DNA of 64,000 nt from contig OZ076413.1 of NCBI GenBank assembly GCA_964187785.1, positions 43,152,001 to 43,216,000 on the forward strand, given 5' to 3'. The notes below the pieces were generated by a model. The model searched no databases. It was not told the DNA's origin and worked only from the letters and a program-made list of their open reading frames with translations. The translations under genes and the position numbers were made by a program. The stretch comes from Amphiscolops sp. MND2022 (taxonomy: Eukaryota). Of this stretch, positions 13,401 to 22,400 are shown in pieces; position 1 is the first letter of the stretch; each line of letters starts with the position of its first letter.

Positions 13401-16400
13401 TACAGTACATCTTCGTGGTCCAGACGATAACGCCGATCCTTTACGAAATGGCTCTTGCGGGTAAAGTGACGCCAAATCTCCGGCTCACCCCGACTGAGGA
13501 AAGACACGTCTCGGCGACACACAGCACAATTGAACCCATTGGGATTCCGGTCAGATCTGCGACTCACAAATAGCTGCGGCAATGGATGACTAGCCATTTC
13601 CTTCCGCAGCACATTCCGCTCCACTTGTCGCAGTTTCCTCCTCTCATACTTAGCAAAGAGCCGGCGTTTTGTCTCTTCTTCCACACTTATCTGGGACTGT
13701 CTGGACTGCATGTAAATCCCTTTTGACTTCAACAGGCGGACGATTTCAGTGAGACCTAAACAAACAAACAAACCAATACACCGAAGCATACACTGATAGA
13801 AGACAACCAGTAATGTGAGAACAGACCAGACGATAGATCAACCAACAAACACATAAATAAACTCAAACGCAACGAAAACTAACGTTTCGACAGACTACGA
13901 TCATCTTCCCGTTTCTGACTCCGTTCCAGTCGAACAGCAGCCTGCCCGAAAGCCAGCACTTGTGAGGAAGACAGGCACACCGCTCCAGCTGGGATATCCG
14001 AGAGACCCGCTAAAGAAACCAACCAGGATGAGACACAAGCCTACAGGGCATACGAAGAAGGACATGGAAATAAAGCAACGAAGTTCATAACGCCAATAAT
14101 AGTTACCTTTCTCCCATTCATTGTGGAGGACTGAACGCTCCAGACCTACACTAGGCCGAGCATGCTGGGTGCGCTCCCGAGATTTCCCAGAAGATGGCCC
14201 AGGTTCGAAAGCAACAGTGCCACCCACGCTGGCAGACGTCCCGCAAGTCACATCGCCAGAAGCTGGACCAGACTCATGGTGAGTACCCGCACCACGCACC
14301 AGCGAAGTATTACCTGGAAAACAATCAATACTCAACATCATCAGTCCTGATGTAACACGACCATGACAGAACGAATACCTACTGGATTTGGGCAACTGCA
14401 GAAACAGTGAGTCATCACTACCCTCGTCATCTGATGAATCCACAACAGACACCCGAGAGCGTTTCGTAGCCGCATCCGGAAGAACAGAATGCAATCGCTT
14501 GCTACGGCGCCCACCAGAACCACCGACAGAACTACCGGGTACAAAATCTGCATCACGAGGATCATCACTATCACCTGCACAAAACCCATATTCCATTAGA
14601 AGAATGACGCGTCTGTTTACTAGCATAAAACTGTTAGCTGGCCACTAACAAATAGCTAAAGGACTTACCCTGTCGGTCACAAAGATAATCCAGAGAATGT
14701 CTGTTGTCACTCTCGGTAGAATGATCCGAGTTGTCACAGTTTCCATCTCCTTCAACATCGCCTTCTTCACTATCACTCTCGTCAATCTGGCCGAAACCAG
14801 CCGCGGGCCGAACAGCAGAACCAGCAATCACAGGAGACTGTGCTACTTCCTCACGATCAACATCAGCTGACTCCTCTGCGATCACCAATTGACCCTCAGC
14901 AGCAGAACTGTCGTCACCCAATCCTTGCTCGTTCCCAGAAGTCAACTCACACTCCGTATTTTCTCCATCACCGCCCCGCGACTCGAACTCACTTTCCAAT
15001 ACTCCAATCTCCCGCGAACGCATAAAGCGCGCGGCAACCTCATCCGTCGACTCAGCCATTTTCAACTATCCAAAGCAATCTAAAAGATAACTACCAAGAT
15101 AAACCAACAGAAGACGTGGCGTAAAACCAATGAGATTATTATTATTCAATACTATTAGTATGACGTAATGGAAGTCATTCAGTCTGCCAGCTGAAAACTT
15201 TCCCATTCATGCAAGCGGCGTGAACAGAAGAAAAGAACGGAATTATCATTCAATTACTCGACCATTCCGCAGAACAGCCGCTCAGCATTACTTACAAGTA
15301 TTACTATTTATTGCATACAATTTATTCACTCATCGGATCAAATGAATTCATCAACACTCAATTCCTCAACCGATTATTTCATTTTGGACCGCGACCAAGA
15401 CGCTGCCCCAGTAAACCCCTGCGCACATTCAACACCTAAAGCGCTTGGTGATAATTGCGAAAATACCCAGTCACTCATCATTGAAGACATTTACGAGATT
15501 ATCAATACTGGGACAGAACATATTGTCCTTTATCATGAGTCGGCGCCGATATCTATCCTAGAAACAGCCCAATCAGACACATTACCATCCAGGAAATTTA
15601 CAAACTTCAACCCAATTATACCGGATGACGAATTCATGAGCCCTCCGAGAGACTACGAACACATGGATAATTGGCTATACAGGCCACACGATGGGTCAAT
15701 CAGCCCAATATCCAGCGACTCCAGTTCCATTGGTTACTTCTCAGGAAGCGACTGGGCAACCGATTCGTCCTGGATGTCTTATGATTCAATGGTACAATCT
15801 ATATTTCAACCCCCCATCTCTTCCCCATTCAGGCCAATTTCACCACTTCTTCCCACAACGGACGTCTCTCATCAAAGCCGGGGACTGTCACAGCCGCCAC
15901 AGGGCCGTGAAATAATAAGATCAGAGAGAACGCCAGAGGAAAGAAATGGAGAAATTAACCAAGAAGTAGCTAATAAAGCATCACAAACCTGAAAGAAAAC
16001 AATCAACAAACAAACACTCATGGATATTGAACAACCCTGTAAGTGCATATTAATATCATCAACCCTCTGCAGTACCTGAAATACATAAATATGTAAATAA
16101 TTAAATAATAATAATTTGTTGTAAATGTGATTTGTTTGCAGTAGCTTGACCAATACGCTGATTGAAGTTATTCCAACCAGCGCACTGACCAGCCTACCGT
16201 CCCAATATCTGCGTAACAAAACACGCTAATTCTCACTGTCCTTTTAATTAACCAATCAGCGCTAAGCGCGAAAGTGCAGTATTAACTCAGTTACTATACT
16301 TGTCAAGCCACCAGTCAGCAAAGACTGGGACGCACGCCTGGTAGCTCGATCGAATTAATCAAAGTGCTAATATACTAAGTGACGTCACGTGTGAAGTGAA

Positions 16401-19400
16401 TACGAATCCAAAGCTTAGAAGAAGCTTAAATTGTGCAGTATTCAATAGCAAAGATCGAAAACGTAATATTTATAGCATGAAAAGGTGTGATTGAAGATTT
16501 GTCGATCCCGATAATTGGGACGACCGCCGGGACGACCGTTTTAAATTTATAATCTGGGACGACCGCCGGGGCGACCGTTTTAAATTTATAATCTGGGACG
16601 ACCGCTGGGACGCTCGCTCAGTCACTCCATCTGATCAATCAAGTACAAATAATCGATGCTAACTCTAGATAAATGTTTTGCAGCTTAAAAGAAGCTAAAT
16701 ACCAAAAGAACTTCCAATGAGTAATAATCGATGATGCTTGTAGTATTTTTAACGTGTTCAGCCCACCTTGTATTTGAGTCAACTTCCCAGGCGGAGCGCT
16801 AAATTTCTTTAATAAAACAAGAGCCTGGACAGCTGACCGAACGTATTTAATTAATACATGTCTTATAATTAACCGAATAACAATGTTGCCCCTGTTAAAC
16901 GTGATAATTGACGATAATATAGTAAAACAACCCCCAGTGCTACCTTTTCAGTCCTCACATGCAATGTTTTGTTAATACATAGTTGAGTCAATAGCCCGGT
17001 CAAACGGCCAGGCCACTCTAAATGAAATTCGTTACCTGGCGTTCACCCAGGACTTTATCGTTAGCCTCAATTTAAAGTGCTAATTAACGGCCATAATCAT
17101 CTGATTTAGAAGAAATCAGTGCTGTTAGTTCATTTCTTTGATGTTTCCCTTAAATTACTAGTAGTAAAATTTGGGATTGTTCGATGATAATTTCATTTCC
17201 TTTTCCCGCTTCAGTAGCTAGGTTCATGAATTTCAGTGCCAACTTCACCTTCGGCGTCTTGAAAAGGCGGGGAATGAAGAAGAAAGGGACGCGGAATTGG
17301 GAAGCGGCAGGAAGTGAATTCCCACTTTTCTTTAAAGTGGGTTGAAACCGAATGCCGAGTCCCGAGGAAGAGTGCCTTATTTGGATTTCCCCGCTTCGGA
17401 AAGGACGCCGAGGTGAACAAGGTGTGAATTCACGCGCGGGGTTTTCTCTGCGTGTCTAGCGTAAAGTATAAATACCTGAAGCGGGATTAGGAAAAGTTAG
17501 TTGACAATTTTATTTTTCAAGTGCGTTTGATTAATCATTCTCCGGAAATTTTGCTTTTGTAATAATCGTGTTAATTACTTTTGCTTAATATAATTCCTTT
17601 GTTTCGGAAAACTTTGGCAAATTACTAAACTGAAGTCTCCATTACGTTTGTAACGACTCAAGTTTAGTTGGAATATTGTTTCTCCACTATTTTTACAAGA
17701 TGCCTGAGAAATCTCAAAAACGAAAGTTGAGGAGTGACCAGTCGACTAGCCAGTTCGACGTAGAAACCGCAAGCTCTATTAACGACGAAAACACCGTACT
17801 TTCGGAAAGGGATTTTGAAGACATATCCAATAAAATTGAGAATAGAATTTCCAAACGTCTTAAAGACACTGAACTCAACCAACGCGAGATATTAAAATTG
17901 ATTGAGAACCTGTCGTCCAAAGTTGACAACCTATCAAGCGTCAATTCTGAACAAGGTTACTTGACGACCAGAGCTGAGAATAGTGGAAACCCTACTGATG
18001 AGCTAGAAGAAAATAGTTTGCCTAGGAACGAGAGTTCCAACAGTATTGCTGGTATTTTGTCCCCGGTAGCATTTTGTCTCTCTTGTGCAGTGACTTTGAG
18101 TATTTCCTCCTCTAGTATTTTGTCCCCTTTTCCTGACATCGTACTTGATATCTCATTTTACTATATTTTGATGTCACATAAATTCATACAACCAGCTGCT
18201 AATTTATGTTAATTTCTCAATATTTTCAGAAACTTTTCCGCACAGGGGATAAGAAAAAAAGTTACTTGAACAATTTATACAATTTATATCCTTTGAACAT
18301 CGTTGACACAACTGCTGTTATTTTCAGGGATTTAGCAACGCTGAAGACACCGAATTTGCACTAGCCGTCTTTGCCGGTCTCAGCGATGACGATCGATTGG
18401 TCTTCATCGATTTGCTGGGCGATGAGTTGCATCGATATATGATATCAGTGGAGCCATCGCTCATCATCAGCTACCTCAGGGAGCATCCCAGGTTGGCCCG
18501 GAGAAAAACGGGGACGGGAACTGACAGTGACAGAATGCGGACTGAGATGATCGAGAGCCTCAATGCAGAGGGGGAACCAAATGATCCGACAATGGAAGAA
18601 AGCTTGAACGAGTTGGCACCGGATGAGATACAGGAAATACTGGAAATCATCGGTAGGAAGGGTGAACGTGTCATTATTAAAAAAAATAAAATATAAATAA
18701 AAAAGGTTATTATGAGATTCAATATTTATTTGCCTAAATTGCTGCGGTAGATTTGTGGGCAAAAAGATGAAAAATACTGAATTTTAGGATTGGGTGAAGG
18801 TTATCTTTTTGACATTTGCAATTTTTGACATGGAAAGTAAGGGGATCAAGTAAATGTGAGAATTTTTAACAATAATTTAAGCAAATAAAGTTTACTATAA
18901 GAATTCGGACTTTTTCCATAGCAAAATCATTTTGGTTACTTTAACATTCCAATTATGCATTGTTTCCCAAAATGAATTTCCGCTGTTTTAAAATTAATCC
19001 AGGCTAGAATCATCAAACATTAAGTAATATCAAAAATATATCTCATGTTTGTACAAGTTGTTTTAATAACTGTTGATAAGAAACCATAGCGCTTTTTGTA
19101 TTTGCAGGTTTCCGAGTGACTCACTCCATGGCGATCGATTACCTCACGACTCTTCCGCCCGACCAACTAACCGAAGTGCTGACCCTTTTGGGTCACTCGT
19201 GTCTCCATGGAGACGACATGGCAGATGAGTGGAGAATCCAGAACTTGATTGACAGGTTACGTAATCTTGACCCGGAGTTGTTGCTGCACATCCAGAACCA
19301 TCTGGGCATGAAGGTCACTGATTCCGATGTCAAAGGTCAGTTAATTCTTTTTTTTTCAGGTCACGTGACCTTGATTTAGTTTTATCATACGACATCTCAT

Positions 19401-22400
19401 TGTTTTCAATGATGAAAACATCAACTCTTTCATATCAATTTTGAACGTTTGGAAACGTGAGAATATTTTGGTTAGATAAAACAAGCCGGGAACGGCCCAT
19501 GTCGGCGCCATATCTAAGGCTCAAAAATAGCAAAAGGACTTCAAAGTGTCAAGTACTCTCCTCTACAGTACCCAAAAAAAATTTCCAAAAATTTTTTGAA
19601 TTTTTTTGAAGTTTCTGGTAAGTCGCATTGTACCGAAAAATGTAAAAGGGGCCCTTTGGCTGTTTTTCAACATCCATTCTTTTGCAAAATAGGAAAAAAA
19701 TGAAGGGTGGACCCTTCGGAGACATTACAAAAATTGCGAAAAAAAAGTCTCACAAAGCCGAAAAAATCTACACAAAAAAAATTTGGTCAAGGGCGGGACT
19801 CGAACCCATGTCCTTCCGCTTGGCAGACCTCAAAAAGCCGTAACCTCTATGCCAGTGTGGTTTAGTGTTAGTGCCAGACAATGTTAGTGCCAGACAGCAG
19901 TGTTAGTGCTTACTTATAAAATTTATAAAATCTGTCAGTTCGTTGGTCTTAAGAAAAGTCACTACTATAGTCTGCGTTTTTCTTCGAAAAGCGCCGACTA
20001 AAAATTGAGAAAGTTGCTTGAAATGTTTTTTTTTTCAGATGTGCTTTTTTTCAGGCTATCTGCGTGCTCTTTCGACCGAGGAAGTGCGCATGTTACTGGG
20101 TGACATTCACTGTCAAATAGGGTTTCCCCCTCCCCCCTCGACCACTCCGGTGATGATGAACGGATCAGTGAAGGACCCGCCCTCTGTTTTCAATCGCATG
20201 AATCTGCTCTCCTTCCTGAAACATTTCACCGCCAGTGAGATTGAGGATCTACTGAAGCAAATAGAGTGCAGGTTCGAAACTGACTGAAAAAATATTCTCA
20301 TTTTGTTGGGGGAGGGGTGAAATCCGTAGATCCCAGCAAGACAAACTACTGCGAAAGCATTTGCCAAGAATGTTTTCATTAATCAAGAACGCAAGTTAGA
20401 GTATTGAAGAGGATTAGATACCCTCGTAATTCTAACCTTAAAGAAATTCGAACCTATTTTGAAAAAATTGCGGAGATATATAGGTTAATATAGTTGATAG
20501 AGATACTATAGTTGCGCAGCATATTCCAGCAACAGAAATAAGGAATTCACCAAACTTTTAAAAGTGACCTTAATCAAAACTGCTGGAACTTTTCACATGC
20601 TGCAGGCAGACTGCGAATGAACTGTTTGCAACCTACAAAATGTTTTAGCCACTATAGGTAAATTGTAAGTGTATACGAAAAAATGAAGCCGCTGCGCCTC
20701 TTTTCTATGACTTGTTTTTGACTGATCGAACTGTATCAACTTATCCAACCAATCAAATTCATTTTCCTTATCTCTCGCTCTCAACTGCTTCAAAGTTTTC
20801 TGAGACTCAGTCGAAGTCAAAAAACAGTAAACATTGAATGCTGAATCATGTTTCATGGATGAAAATGTTCATCTTACGATGCTTTTTTCAATCTGGCGAT
20901 TTTGTTGCTCACTTTCAACTGTAGATACAAATTCACGTTACCCTCAAAACTTAATACAATTTCTCGGAGTTAATGTCTTCTGCTTCCTTTATGTCGCTCT
21001 CAAAACCCGTTATTTCTAACAACAACCTGGATTAAAACAACCCCAAACAGTTAGAAACGCAACAAGGAGCTTTGGAGCATTAAAAGTTATCTATGATACT
21101 CAAAAAGTCTTAACAAAAGTTCTTGGCCAGTTATACGTGCATGTAGAATTTTGAAGCACTTTCATCAACGGAATATTAGTATGTGTATGATTTTCTCGAG
21201 TCAAACCACGGCTGTAAATAATTTTTGAAATTAGGAAGTAAGGTTTTTTGATACAAGAAAGTGAGGAAGAGATGTTTTTGATTGAAAAATCGCTATGAGC
21301 TTTTCATGAGAATTCCCTCAATTCATGAGCATACAAAAAGATTCTACAAAAATCCTTGTTGTGTTGCATCGCCCAACCTTAACTATCAAACCAAATCCTA
21401 GAATTTGGGTGTACTTGGGCAATTTCAGCTAGCATAATATATCACAGAAATTACTCTTGATTTCGACATTATGCAAAACTGTGAAGATGAATAGGGTCAT
21501 ATTCAAACTTCCAATTGCAGGTTGAGTGACGAATACATAGCAATACTGTTGGGGGAGCGCATGGGCAAGAACCCGGCTGACCTTCTGACCTCTTTGAGAG
21601 AGCACGGCTTCAACATCACTATCTCGGACTTTCTGGCTTCTCTGTCTAACGACGAGCTGCTGGAACTGGCCATGAACCCAGAACTCATGAACAGACTGGA
21701 AACACTCGAGAGAAACCCGGAGGCCGCTATGCAGCAACAACAGCAACAACAGCAACAGCGTGAGTTAATAAGTTAATGAGTTGCAACTCATGGGGTCAAT
21801 TTAGGATCCTTTCATCTGAACGGGTTATTATTCTATTAAGGTTTACTCATATTATGGTGACCTCATATCGGTTTGAGTAGTTTGAAGTACCTGCTAATTT
21901 TTAACAATTATTCACGTGTATTTGAATGTTTGTAGGCTGTCGAGAATCTATTTTATTTCAAAAACCATTACTTGAACAACCGTTTTCTCCAACAAGGTTA
22001 GTTCAGTGTTCCGATTATTTAAAAGTTGCCGTTGAACAATTCTTTCAGCTTTATCATTTTCTCAGAGTTTTTAACATGTGTTTTCAACAAACCATTCGAC
22101 ACATAATGTGAGCTATCAGCGATAATCTTCGAGTAAAAATTATTCTCACGAGGAACGCTTTCAACTGCAGCAGGCAATGCCCGAAAAGCAAAAACGAAAC
22201 CGCGTGAACACATAATCCAGCAGCTCATCAACATGCTGATGAACTTATCTGAAGAGGAGCGAAACCGTATCTTCGTGGCTCTCAACAGAGACGATATGAC
22301 AGAAGAGAAAGTTTACGCCTTTCTCAACAGCTGTGACGATCACGTGTTCGAGAAAGTGCGATGCTTTGTAGTAGGATGTGAGGGGGTTCCGTTGCGGCTA

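Larger units (their letters stand above)
2218..18042 (+). mobile_element. Full-length Ty3/Gypsy LTR retrotransposon (15,825 bp) in a host intron
   Basis: Two near-identical LTRs (TGTCACA...CCAACA), 5-bp TSD GTATT (2213-2217 and 18043-18047), PBS, gag, pol in PR-RT-RH-IN order, plus extra ORFs downstream of pol. Confidence 0.97.

Noticed and set aside
11132-13789. Long post-pol ORF as a retroviral env gene
   Set aside because: It is antisense and has no signal peptide, furin site or C-terminal transmembrane anchor; it has a zinc finger and hAT-like motifs.
10810-15341. Antisense gene as an independent nested hAT transposon
   Set aside because: I saw no terminal inverted repeats or 8-bp TSD around it, and the catalytic motifs are degenerate while the frame is intact.
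17676-18212. 178-aa ORF as a gene
   Set aside because: It is the 3' LTR copy of the gag start reading into flanking intron.
19784-19861. Functional tRNA gene
   Set aside because: The acceptor and anticodon stems do not pair, there is an internal TTTTT terminator, the CCA is encoded, and it lies inside a repeat.
20311-20443. Bacterial 16S contamination, suggested by GATTAGATACCC
   Set aside because: The adjacent GCATTTGCCAAGAATGTTTTCATTAATCAAGAACG is eukaryotic 18S, and the flanks are host intron.
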